Shown here piece after piece: positions 56,433 through 64,000 of a stretch of DNA of 64,000 nt. The notes under the pieces are model-generated. The model had not been told where the DNA came from and searched no databases. It saw nothing but the letters and a program-made list of their open reading frames with translations. This DNA comes from an uncultured Peptococcaceae bacterium (lineage in GTDB: Bacteria; Bacillota; DSM-12270; Thermacetogeniales; Thermacetogeniaceae). The translations under genes were made by a program, and so were the position numbers. Within the stretch, counting starts at the first letter, position 1. Every line of letters starts with the position of its first letter. The stretch is taken from assembly GCA_963768335.1 (NCBI GenBank), contig CAVYHR010000006.1:1-64000 (forward strand), in the 5' to 3' direction.

Positions 56433-57737
56433 TTACTGGGTCAAAGCAGGGTTCTTTACCTTAGTGCCGGGAGGCGCAAACTGCTGCGGCAACCCGATCT
56501 CCTCCAGGGTCTCCACCGTCAACAGCACCCCGACGTGGTCCATGTCCACGTTGATCACCTTCGACTGACGATCGGTCACCACCGCCCCGGCGGGAAGCTG
56601 ATCGGCCAGGATTGCCTGAGCCCGCTGAACTGCCAGGCGCAGGGCCTCTTCAAAACTGCGCCGCAGTAAAAAGCGCCTGATCTCCTCCGCTCTTATTGTA
56701 ACAAATTCGACAGGCAAAGTTATATTCCTCCACTGTGGCAATTTCCTTTTGTTCTCTGTCAGATCGTACAGGAGGTAGGGAATGGTGGGCGGGCCCTTGA
56801 TGATTATTTCCTTGTTTGCCAGTCTGATGCTGACGATGCTGGTGACGCGTCCGGTCTTCTGATCCACCAGTTCCTCCAGGGGCGCCTCGGCGTAACAGCG
56901 GTACCAGACTCGCGCCCGGACAATCCCCTGGGCCTCCACGTAGCGCAGCTCATACTTTGGCGCCGGAGGCTGTGGAGCGCCCTCAGTTTTAGGTGGGGGC
57001 GGCGGGGCGATGATCCCCGAGATCAGGATCTGACCGGCACGGACCACGTCCCCCTCCTTGACCTGGGGCGAGCCAGACAGCACCAGGATGTCTTTGATCA
57101 CCCCGTCCTTGACAGCCACAATATTGGCGGCGCCCAGGGAGGGCTGCGGTACGACCCTCTCGGTGATCTTGATGCTCACCTGCGTCCCCCGGAAGTCTAT
57201 CTCGGCAAAGGCGATCCCCGGCATTTCCCGCATCAGGCGGTCCGCCACATCCTTGCCGTTAACCAGGAAGCGCAGGTTTCCCGGGTACAGTCCGGCGGAG
57301 GCGGCCGCCCGGAGGACCTGGTTCGGGTCGAGTTGCCTGGTTCCGACCACATCGACAGTCCAGATCAGTGAAGAGAGCAGGTACAGCAGCAGGCAAAAGG
57401 TGATCGCCCCACCCACCAGCATCCGGCGGCGCCGCAGACGCTGCAGGATAAAGGGCAACCCGCCTCTGGCCCGGATGCGCACCCTCACGTTGGTGCGCCG
57501 TGCAATATGCCGCAGCGCCACAAAAGATCGCGCTGGCGCCTTGACCAGGATGGTCTCCTGGTTTACCCGGTTCACATCCCAGAGCGCCACGCCCCTCATG
57601 GTCGCCAGGTTGATAAACCGCTCCGGGTGCTCCCCCCTGACCGCCAGGACCAGAAAACCCAGCATGTAGGCCCAAAAACTACGTATCAGCACGGTGTTGG
57701 CACTCCCCCACTTGAAAGGTGAGATGTGGGATCTCAC
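56433..57737 (-). CDS. yqfD: sporulation protein YqfD (stage IV)
   Basis: YqfD family. The track N-terminus reads into repeat E. Probable start at the internal Met MLGFLVLAV. Confidence 0.8.
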   Translation of the reverse strand: MRSHISPFKWGSANTVLIRSFWAYMLGFLVLAVRGEHPERFINLATMRGVALWDVNRVNQETILVKAPARSFVALRHIARRTNVRVRIRARGGLPFILQRLRRRRMLVGGAITFCLLLYLLSSLIWTVDVVGTRQLDPNQVLRAAASAGLYPGNLRFLVNGKDVADRLMREMPGIAFAEIDFRGTQVSIKITERVVPQPSLGAANIVAVKDGVIKDILVLSGSPQVKEGDVVRAGQILISGIIAPPPPPKTEGAPQPPAPKYELRYVEAQGIVRARVWYRCYAEAPLEELVDQKTGRVTSIVSIRLANKEIIIKGPPTIPYLLYDLTENKRKLPQWRNITLPVEFVTIRAEEIRRFLLRRSFEEALRLAVQRAQAILADQLPAGAVVTDRQSKVINVDMDHVGVLLTVETLEEIGLPQQFAPPGTKVKNPALTQ

Positions 57738-57790
57738 CTCCTCCGCATCCGGGCTACGCCCGGTCCGAAGAATGCGGAGTACATCGCTAC
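57716..57790. repeat. P1-type palindromic repeat copy E with adjacent GTGAGATGTGGGATCTCAC palindrome
   Basis: GGTGAGATGTGGGATCTCACCTCCTCCGCATCCGGGCTACGCCCGGTCCGAAGAATGCGGAGTACATCGC. In the yqfC-yqfD spacer. Confidence 0.6.
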
Positions 57791-57793
57791 TCG

Positions 57794-58099
57794 CTACTCA
57801 CCCACCAGGTCAATGCTACGGATCTTACCATCCACGGCGATCTCCTCCGGAAAGATCGTCCGCAGGGCCAGCCCGGTTCCGGTCACCCGCAGTTCTCCGA
57901 TGCCGGTGCCGATCCTGACCCTCTCCGTGGTATACTCGATAATGCCCCGGTGGTTCTCCACGATCAACTGGATGTCGCCGAGCACGGTGATCCTGGGCAG
58001 GCCCATAACCAGTTCCTTGGGCAGTTCCAGGAAGTGGGCAAGGAAATACTCGAGGTTCTTCATTTCCCTGGGCACAACAAAACCCACCTTTCCCTCCAT
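57794..58099 (-). CDS. yqfC: sporulation protein YqfC
   Basis: About 100-aa YqfC family (LPRITVLGDIQLIVENHRGIIEY...). Confidence 0.8.
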   Translation of the reverse strand: MEGKVGFVVPREMKNLEYFLAHFLELPKELVMGLPRITVLGDIQLIVENHRGIIEYTTERVRIGTGIGELRVTGTGLALRTIFPEEIAVDGKIRSIDLVGE

Positions 58100-58299
58100 T
58101 TTTATGCAGGTGGGGCGCCAAAGAGACCGATCTGGTGGTTAGTGGTTGGAGGAACAAGATCTCTGGCAGGAATAGCCTCGTACGCAAAGAAAAACCACCC
58201 TATTTCATCTACGGGCGGTTTTCTCCTGTTTTTTCGGTTTTTTTTCGATGTTGGCATTCGCAATTATCTTCGAAGCTCTCATCGAACTTCAAGAAAGTC

Positions 58300-58827
58300 T
58301 CAGTTGCTTGAGGGAGTTAGAAGAGAACGGACGATCTCCTGAACGGCCCTGCCGTCTGCACGCCCTTTCACCTGTGGCATCAGTGCTCCCATGACACTGC
58401 CGATCTGCCGCACATCAGTGGCGCCGGTGGTGGCGATAGCCTGGCGCCCCAGGTCCTGGATCTCCTCCCTGCTCAACTGGCGAGGCAGGTACTCCTCCAG
58501 GATGGCGATCTCCGCCTCCAGCTCCGCCACAACATCCATCCTGTTGACACGGGTGTATTCCAGGATATCGTCCCGGCGCATCCTGACCTCCCTGGCGAGA
58601 ACGTCCAACACATCCTGCTCGGTCAGGTCCGCCCCCTTGGCAATGGCGCGGTACTTTAACGCCGCCCGGGCCAAACGAATCACCGATAGCCTCTGTTTCC
58701 CCGCCTGGCGAGCCTTGAGCGCCTCTTTCATGTCATTGAACAATCGTTCCTGCAGTGTCAAGAGAGCCAACTCCCTAGGACCAGCGACGCTTTCGCGCTG
58801 CCTCGGACTTCTTCTTCCTTTTGACAC
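58300..58827 (-). CDS. yqeY: GatB/YqeY domain protein
   Basis: [36 protein letters not shown]... The true start is likely downstream of the track Met. Conserved partner of rpsU. Confidence 0.75.
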   Translation of the reverse strand: MSKGRRSPRQRESVAGPRELALLTLQERLFNDMKEALKARQAGKQRLSVIRLARAALKYRAIAKGADLTEQDVLDVLAREVRMRRDDILEYTRVNRMDVVAELEAEIAILEEYLPRQLSREEIQDLGRQAIATTGATDVRQIGSVMGALMPQVKGRADGRAVQEIVRSLLTPSSN

Positions 58828-58957
58828 TCGGTTTCAAATAATGCTCGTGCTTGCGTGCTTCAACCAGTATCCCGGATTTTTGACAGGAACGTTTAAAACG
58901 TCTCAGGGCGCTATCCAGGGATTCGTTTTTTCCGACCCTAACCTCGGCCATACCCAC
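58775..58957 (-). CDS. rpsU: 30S ribosomal protein S21
   Basis: [29 protein letters not shown]...[11 protein letters not shown]. Confidence 0.9.
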   Translation of the reverse strand: MGMAEVRVGKNESLDSALRRFKRSCQKSGILVEARKHEHYLKPSVKRKKKSEAARKRRWS

Positions 58958-59105
58958 TTCTTCCCTCCCCCCGGCTAAGTTCCGTACGGCGATTTCTGCT
59001 GCGAAAAGACAAAAGTAATGACCCCATTCTTAGAACAAATGCACCTACATTATACACTACCGGTTTAAAGAGCGTCAACCGCGGCTAGTTGACAAGCTGC
59101 CGCAA

Positions 59106-59699
59106 CTATTTGCCGCTCCCGTACCATAGCACCGCCGCTGCAATGACGCTGCCCACTGCCTCCACCCGGTGGTCAATCCCCAGGACATGCACCTCCCGCA
59201 GCGTCAAACCGCGCTTTTCAAACCCCTCCTCGACCATTTTCCGGACACTGGCCTCCGCCTCGTCCTTGGTGCAGCAACCCTCGAACTCCATGATCACGCC
59301 GTAACTGTCCGGGTTGCCGATCCCGACCCCGATGGCAGCAGCGATCACCTGGCCGGGCTGGCTGTTCGTGATGAAGCCGTAAGCGGTCGGCGTCAAGGAT
59401 CCCGGCGGGATCTCCAGGTCCCTGCTGAACTGGGTTGACGGCGGCAGGATGCTGCTCACCCGCAGCAGGTTCAGATTGCCGATCCCTGCCTCGACGAGCG
59501 CCGCGTCGAAGGCATTCAGGGGCGTGCCCCCCTCCCCGTGCCCGGCCACCAGGGTAAACTTGCACGGCGTTGCTAACAATTGTTTCCCTCCCCACCCAAA
59601 GGGTGCGGCAGACGAGCCCGAAGCGAAACCCAAAGCCTGCCTCACCAGCTTAGCTCTATAAATTATATGGAATAAGAGCCTGAATGGTCCCCCGCGCAT
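59106..59699 (-). CDS. pdaD: pyruvoyl-dependent arginine decarboxylase
   Basis: PCKFTLVAGHGEGGTPLNAFDAALVEAGIGNLNLLRVSSILPP. The track N-terminus is probably over-extended. Confidence 0.8.
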   Translation of the reverse strand: MRGGPFRLLFHIIYRAKLVRQALGFASGSSAAPFGWGGKQLLATPCKFTLVAGHGEGGTPLNAFDAALVEAGIGNLNLLRVSSILPPSTQFSRDLEIPPGSLTPTAYGFITNSQPGQVIAAAIGVGIGNPDSYGVIMEFEGCCTKDEAEASVRKMVEEGFEKRGLTLREVHVLGIDHRVEAVGSVIAAAVLWYGSGK

Positions 59700-59954
59700 G
59701 ACGGGTGCCCGCTTGCGGGTGCGGCGCGGGGCGGGCCTCGCTGCCCAGCGCTTTCGGCGCCCGCAAAAACGTCACAATCAAGGAAACCGCCCCCTGAAAA
59801 TGAGCATCCAAGCCTGCTGCATTTAGCATTGCGCCTCTTTTTCCTTATCGCGCCGGGTCACGATCAGGGAAGCGGTTAATATCTATGCAGTCAAGCACAT
59901 AACAGGAATGACGGTTTCATAATTATTAACAAACCCTTGTGAAGGCGGGACAAA

Positions 59955-60464
59955 ATGTTCGCAGAGTTTATCCTGGCAGCGCTGGCCTGCCTGGGTACCC
60001 TGGCCGCCTCCCTGGCGGTGTACTTCCATTACCAGGGGGACAGTGAGATTACCTTTGACACCGGGGCCGCCAGGGACTCCCGGGTCACCAAAAACATGCT
60101 GCAGCGGTCTATCCGCTGCCGCTGCCTGATCCCCCTGGCCAACCACGGGCGGCAGAATGGTATGGTGATCAATGTTTTCTGCCAACCGATGTACTATGGA
60201 AAGATCATGGAGCAACTGGATATCACCGCCCGCCTGCGGCTGTTGGATGCGCCGGCGCGGCGGAACGGCTACTGGGAGGCGGTGATCGTCAAAAAGAACA
60301 CCGCCCGCCTGGTGGAGCTGGATGTAACAGTCCGTTCGCAGGTTGATCTGACCATGGTCGCCAGGGAGATCCCCTGCCTGAAGGTGATCATCTATTACCA
60401 GGTGGTCGGGCGCGACGGGATCCAGTGGCACCTGTCGGAAGCCCAATTCAATCTGGCCGGATAA
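59955..60464 (+). CDS. hypothetical membrane-anchored protein
   Basis: N-terminal TM helix MFAEFILAALACLGTLAASLAVYF and a ~140-aa soluble domain. Preferred over the GC-artefact ORF on the opposite strand. Upstream of the CofE-like gene. Confidence 0.5.
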   Translation: MFAEFILAALACLGTLAASLAVYFHYQGDSEITFDTGAARDSRVTKNMLQRSIRCRCLIPLANHGRQNGMVINVFCQPMYYGKIMEQLDITARLRLLDAPARRNGYWEAVIVKKNTARLVELDVTVRSQVDLTMVAREIPCLKVIIYYQVVGRDGIQWHLSEAQFNLAG

Positions 60465-60499
60465 TTGGGAAGTGGGACGTGGGATGGAGGAGGCGCGTC

Positions 60500-61138
60500 A
60501 TGACCCTGGAGGTAATCCCCCTGCAAACCAAGATCGTCACCCCGGAAGACCGGCTGCTCAAAGTCGTCGCCGATTACGCCGGCCCGCATCTCCGATCCGG
60601 CGATATCCTGGTGCTGGCCGAGAGCGTGGTGGCCATCACCCAGGGACGGCTGGTCCGGCCGGAGCAGGTCAAACCCACCCCCTGGGCGCTGGCCATGGCC
60701 CGTTTCGTCAGCCAGGACGGCAGCCTCTCCTCCCCTTACGCCATGCAGGTGATCATGAATGAGGGCGGCCCCCTGCGCACCCTGTTCGCCTTCTGCGCCG
60801 CTGCTGTGACCCGCCTGGTGTTCGGCCGCCGGGGGGATTTTTACCGGTTTGCGGGACAGCAGGCCTCCCTGGTGGATGACGTCACCGGAAACATGCCCCC
60901 CTTCGACAAACACATCGTACTCGGCCCCAGTCATCCGGAGCAGGTGGTCGCGGAGATCAGGGAGCAGTTCGGGGTGGAGGCCGCCATCATCGACGCCAAC
61001 GACCTCGGTCGCACCAGGATCCTGGCCGCCACCAGCGGAGCCGGCCAGAAACTGCTTTTAAAAGTGTTCAGGGCCAATCCCGCCGGCAATGCCAATCAGC
61101 AGACCCCGCTCGTCATCATCCGCAAAACCCGTTCCTGA
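60500..61138 (+). CDS. F420-0:gamma-glutamyl ligase (CofE)-like domain protein
   Basis: RBS GGAGGAGG + 7 nt + ATG at 60500. DILVLAESVVAITQGRL resembles the CofE/F420_ligase core. The track ORF starts upstream without an RBS. Confidence 0.7.
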   Translation: MTLEVIPLQTKIVTPEDRLLKVVADYAGPHLRSGDILVLAESVVAITQGRLVRPEQVKPTPWALAMARFVSQDGSLSSPYAMQVIMNEGGPLRTLFAFCAAAVTRLVFGRRGDFYRFAGQQASLVDDVTGNMPPFDKHIVLGPSHPEQVVAEIREQFGVEAAIIDANDLGRTRILAATSGAGQKLLLKVFRANPAGNANQQTPLVIIRKTRS

Positions 61139-61203
61139 CGGTGCCCCATGTTTTTCAATCTTTCCTTGAGCCTCCGGGCAGTTACGTGTATTCAATATTT
61201 TTC

Positions 61204-61232
61204 TTGACGTGCCTGGACATGGATGTTAACAT
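61204..61232 (+). promoter_or_regulatory. putative sigma-A promoter for the TetR-MFP-RND operon
   Basis: TTGACG - 17 nt - TAACAT. Confidence 0.45.
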
Positions 61233-61250
61233 CTCATCAGGAAAATATGA

Positions 61251-61265
61251 AAAACATATTGTTTT
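61251..61265 (+). promoter_or_regulatory. putative TetR operator: perfect inverted repeat AAAACA-TAT-TGTTTT between promoter and start codon
   Basis: 61251-61256 is the reverse complement of 61260-61265. Confidence 0.4.
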
Positions 61266-61284
61266 CCGGGGAGACATCATTGAG

Positions 61285-61857
61285 ATGAGAGAGAGAATTA
61301 TCTACTCCGCCAGGGAACAGATTCAGAAGTACGGCTTCCGGAAATTTACCATTGATGACATTGCTGAGGACCTGGGGATAAGCACCAAAACCATTTACAA
61401 GTACTTTCAGAGCAAGAATGAACTCATCGGAGCGGTCTGCGCTGCCGCTAGAGAGGCAGACAAAAGGCAATGCCTGGACATTCTGACCTCAGAGGGCACC
61501 TGGCTTGACAAGACCATGGCGCTCGCCCGCAAAGATGCGGTAAAGGGTGAGCATATGCATCTGGCTCAAGAGTTAAAAAAGTTTTTTCCGGATGAATGGA
61601 ACAAGAATTGTGGTTTCTTTGACTCACTTTCAGATCAGATAAAAGACTTCATGAAGCAGGGAGCGGCCAGCGGCGATATCCGCCCCGATATCAATCTCGA
61701 AGTGGTTTCTATCGTTCTGCGCTCATCCATTATGGGGCTGTTCGGCGCCGAGTTCGATGATCTGAGTACGAAGCAGATTTTTGATGAGTTCCAGAAGGTT
61801 CTCATGTGCGGAATTCTCAGTCCCACCAGCAAAATGAGAGAGGAAATAGCAAGATGA
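61285..61857 (+). CDS. TetR/AcrR-family transcriptional regulator
   Basis: HTH YGFRKFTIDDIAEDLGISTKTIYKYFQSKNEL. Start taken at the internal Met 61285. The track ORF starts at 61141, inside the promoter. Confidence 0.85.
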   Translation: MRERIIYSAREQIQKYGFRKFTIDDIAEDLGISTKTIYKYFQSKNELIGAVCAAAREADKRQCLDILTSEGTWLDKTMALARKDAVKGEHMHLAQELKKFFPDEWNKNCGFFDSLSDQIKDFMKQGAASGDIRPDINLEVVSIVLRSSIMGLFGAEFDDLSTKQIFDEFQKVLMCGILSPTSKMREEIAR

Positions 61858-62981
61858 GGAGCAAAGGATCGATGCAAAACAGGTGGAAACTCTGGTTGGC
61901 AGCGGTGGGCGCAATTGTCATTCTCTTTGTACTGGCCAAATTCCTCAGCAACCCCAAAAAACAGGTTGCCGCACCGGTGCCTCCCAAGACCGTCGTTGCC
62001 CAAACCGTTGCCAAGGTGTCGCAGGCGCCGACCCTTGTCCTGACGGGCAGCATTGAGGCCGTTCAGGAGGCCACGATCTACCCACAGGTATCAGGACAAG
62101 TGTCCGGCGTGCAGGTCAAAAATGGGGATGAAGTGGCAACCGGACAGCCCCTGGTCCTGTTGGACGACAGTAGTTTTCGGGACGCCCTCGCCGTCGACCG
62201 GGCCGCCCTGGAATCGGCTCAGGCCGCCCTGGAAGCGGCGAGCCAGACCTATCAGCGGGATCAGGTCTTAGCTGACAGCCATTTTATTTCAAACGCCGAT
62301 CTCGAGAATGCAAAGGTAGCCATGGAAACCGCTCAGGCCAATGTTGACTCTGCCACTGCCACAGTGAGCAGTGCCCAGGATTCCCTGCGGGATACCTCCA
62401 TCTGCTCACCGATCTCCGGCGTGGCAGGCAACTGCACTGCCGAGATCGGGCAATATCTCTCTCCCGGCATATCCCCAACTCCCCTCCTGGTGGTCGAGGA
62501 CATCTCCAGCGTCTATGCAGTGGTTGATATCGAGCAGGGCGACCTTCCTGCGGTCAGGCCGGGCCTGGCGGCCAAGGTCACAGCCGATGCTTACGGCGAC
62601 CGCGTCTTCGAGGGAACGGTAGAACAGATCAACCCGGTCGGCGACGCCACCTCACGGGTCTTTGCCACTAAGATCAGAGTAGCCAACGGATCTGGCCTGT
62701 TGCAGCCAGGTATGTTTGTCAAGGTGGAGATCACGACGGGGACGCCCACCCAGGTCATCGCAGTGCCCCAGAACGCCGTGGTCAGCAATGCCGGCCTTGA
62801 TTACGTCTTCGTGGTCGACGGCGGCAGAGTGCAACGCCAGCAGGTGCAGACCGGTCAGGTGATGGGACAGATGGTGGAAATCACCTCCGGCTTGGCGGAG
62901 GGGCAAAAAGTTGTCCTGACCGATGTCGATACCCTGCAAGACCAGGACCAGGTTGTCGTTTCCTCCCCGGCACAACAGTAG
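61854..62981 (+). CDS. efflux RND periplasmic adaptor (membrane fusion protein, HlyD family)
   Basis: ATGA overlap with the tetR stop. N-terminal TM anchor, then lipoyl/beta-barrel MFP motifs (LTGSIEAVQEATIYPQVSGQV...). Confidence 0.85.
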   Translation: MRSKGSMQNRWKLWLAAVGAIVILFVLAKFLSNPKKQVAAPVPPKTVVAQTVAKVSQAPTLVLTGSIEAVQEATIYPQVSGQVSGVQVKNGDEVATGQPLVLLDDSSFRDALAVDRAALESAQAALEAASQTYQRDQVLADSHFISNADLENAKVAMETAQANVDSATATVSSAQDSLRDTSICSPISGVAGNCTAEIGQYLSPGISPTPLLVVEDISSVYAVVDIEQGDLPAVRPGLAAKVTADAYGDRVFEGTVEQINPVGDATSRVFATKIRVANGSGLLQPGMFVKVEITTGTPTQVIAVPQNAVVSNAGLDYVFVVDGGRVQRQQVQTGQVMGQMVEITSGLAEGQKVVLTDVDTLQDQDQVVVSSPAQQ

Positions 62982-63108
62982 TGAGGAATGGGTGAAAACG
63001 AAGATCAGGAATGGGAACACACCTTAGGCGAGGATGTTCCGCATGAACGCCTTGCCTTAGCGTCAGAGGAGAGCACCATCTTATCATAGTCCCGGGGAGG
63101 AAGTATCT

Positions 63109-64000
63109 GTGAACCTGAGTGACCTTAGCCTCAAAAGGCCGGTTTTTGCCACCGTGATCATTTTGGCCCTGGTGGCGCTGGGTATCGCCAGCTACGTCAG
63201 TCTGAGCATCAACGACATGCCGAATATAGATATCCCGTATGTAACTGTGTCTATCGCCGAGCCCGGGGTGGCCCCGGAGCAGATGGCAACTGATGTCACC
63301 AAGAAGGTGGAGGATGCCGTCGGCCAGATCTCCGGTGTCAAACACATCACCAGCTATAGCGATGAGGGACTTTCCACAGTGCTGATCGAGTTCACCCTGG
63401 AAACACCCCCCGATCAAGCAACTCAGAATGTGAGAGACAAATTGGGCGCCATCAGGGGTGACCTGCCGCAGCAGATCCAGGAACCGGTGATTTCCAAATT
63501 TGACATTAACGACCAGCCGATCGTCTCGCTGGCTGTGAGCGGCATGCTGCCGCTCCGGGAGATGACCACCCTGGTAGAGGATACAATCAAACCACGCCTG
63601 GAGAAAATCGATGGTGTGGGCCAGATCACTACCTATGGCGAAGAAACCAGAGAGATCCAGATCAATCTGGACAAGGACAAGCTGGCCGCTTACGGCATCA
63701 CCACCACCGATGTGCTGACCAACCTGGAAAATCAGGACATGGATGTCCCAGCCGGCCAGTTGAGCAGCGGCAGGAATGAGGTAACCGTACGCACGGCGGG
63801 CAAGATCGACACTGTCGAACAGTTCAGCGACCTGCCGGTGGACCGACAGAATGGCCTACAACTTTACGTCAAGGACATTGCCAGCGTTGAGGATGGCATC
63901 AAGGAGCAGGACAGCCTGGCGCGTTTTGATGGCCAGCCGGCGATCGGCATCGATCTGTCCAAACAGTCGGACAGCAACACCGTAACCGTGGCAGATGAAG
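63109..64000 (+). CDS. RND efflux transporter permease (AcrB/HAE1 family), 3'-truncated by the window edge
   Basis: RBS GGGGAGGAAG + GTG at 63109. LKRPVFATVIILALVALGIASYVSLSINDMPNIDIPYVTVSIAEPGVAPEQM... Absent from the ORF track because no stop falls within the window. Confidence 0.85.
   Translation, partial: MNLSDLSLKRPVFATVIILALVALGIASYVSLSINDMPNIDIPYVTVSIAEPGVAPEQMATDVTKKVEDAVGQISGVKHITSYSDEGLSTVLIEFTLETPPDQATQNVRDKLGAIRGDLPQQIQEPVISKFDINDQPIVSLAVSGMLPLREMTTLVEDTIKPRLEKIDGVGQITTYGEETREIQINLDKDKLAAYGITTTDVLTNLENQDMDVPAGQLSSGRNEVTVRTAGKIDTVEQFSDLPVDRQNGLQLYVKDIASVEDGIKEQDSLARFDGQPAIGIDLSKQSDSNTVTVADE

Noticed and set aside
59883-60446. 187-aa minus-strand ORF overlapping the plus-strand membrane-protein gene.
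   Set aside because: The Gly/Pro/Gln/His-rich composition is typical of a GC-frame artefact. The plus-strand ORF has a TM helix, an RBS and operon context with the CofE-like gene.
1-64000. Search for tRNA, rRNA and transposase/integrase genes.
   Set aside because: No GTTCGAATCC-type T-loop arms or cloverleaf candidates were found in intergenic regions, there is no rRNA-like segment, and no ORF has transposase or recombinase motifs. Detection by eye is imperfect, so this should be rechecked with tRNAscan-SE and ISfinder.

Overview
High-GC (~60%) chromosome segment that looks Firmicutes/Peptococcaceae-like. Evidence for that: sporulation genes yqfC/yqfD, the anaerobic CbiX/CbiD/CbiG cobalamin route, a Tat-exported [NiFe] hydrogenase, and the B. 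subtilis-type block rpsU-yqeY-yqfC-yqfD-phoH-pgpH-ybeY-dgkA-era. Almost all genes are on the minus strand. Content from left to right: (1) a 5'-truncated, frame-broken PBP-like domain gene; (2) a patatin-like phospholipase next to a ~2.7-kb multidomain NTPase (PfkB-like + AAA+ + LOG/SLOG-like) that is split over three frames; (3) a BNR/Ycf48-like lipoprotein, a YqiK-type flotillin and an orphan PAS histidine kinase; (4) an MBL/beta-CASP hydrolase; (5) a ~21-kb cobalamin supercluster (cbiA-cobQ-cbiXC-cbiJ-cbiH-cbiG-cbiF-cbiL-cbiET-cbiD-cbiO-cbiQ-cbiMN | AdoCbl riboswitch | cobD-pduX-cobS-cbiB-cobU-flippase-like); (6) a small accessory islet (SEC-C protein, NTase pair, CDGSH protein, Phd/YefM-VapC); (7) an M-box Mg2+ riboswitch in front of a stand-alone MgtE-N/CBS protein translationally coupled to an NRAMP-related (NRMT-like) transporter; (8) two tandem paralogous 57-aa genes below the ORF-track cutoff; (9) a LarE-like/MnmA/FdhD sulfur-transfer cluster with a GT28 glycosyltransferase and a [NiFe] hydrogenase operon; (10) the conserved era block, pdaD, and a TetR-MFP-RND efflux locus running off the window. 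No rRNA, tRNA, CRISPR array or transposase was seen. The most unusual features are several families of modular palindromic/tandem-heptamer repeats, some apparently sitting in frame inside coding regions (ybeY twice, the NTPase once), and frameshift-split genes clustered in a few loci. The likeliest candidate for a new system is the patatin + PfkB-AAA-SLOG NTPase pair. All domain calls come from motif recognition by eye; no database search was possible.
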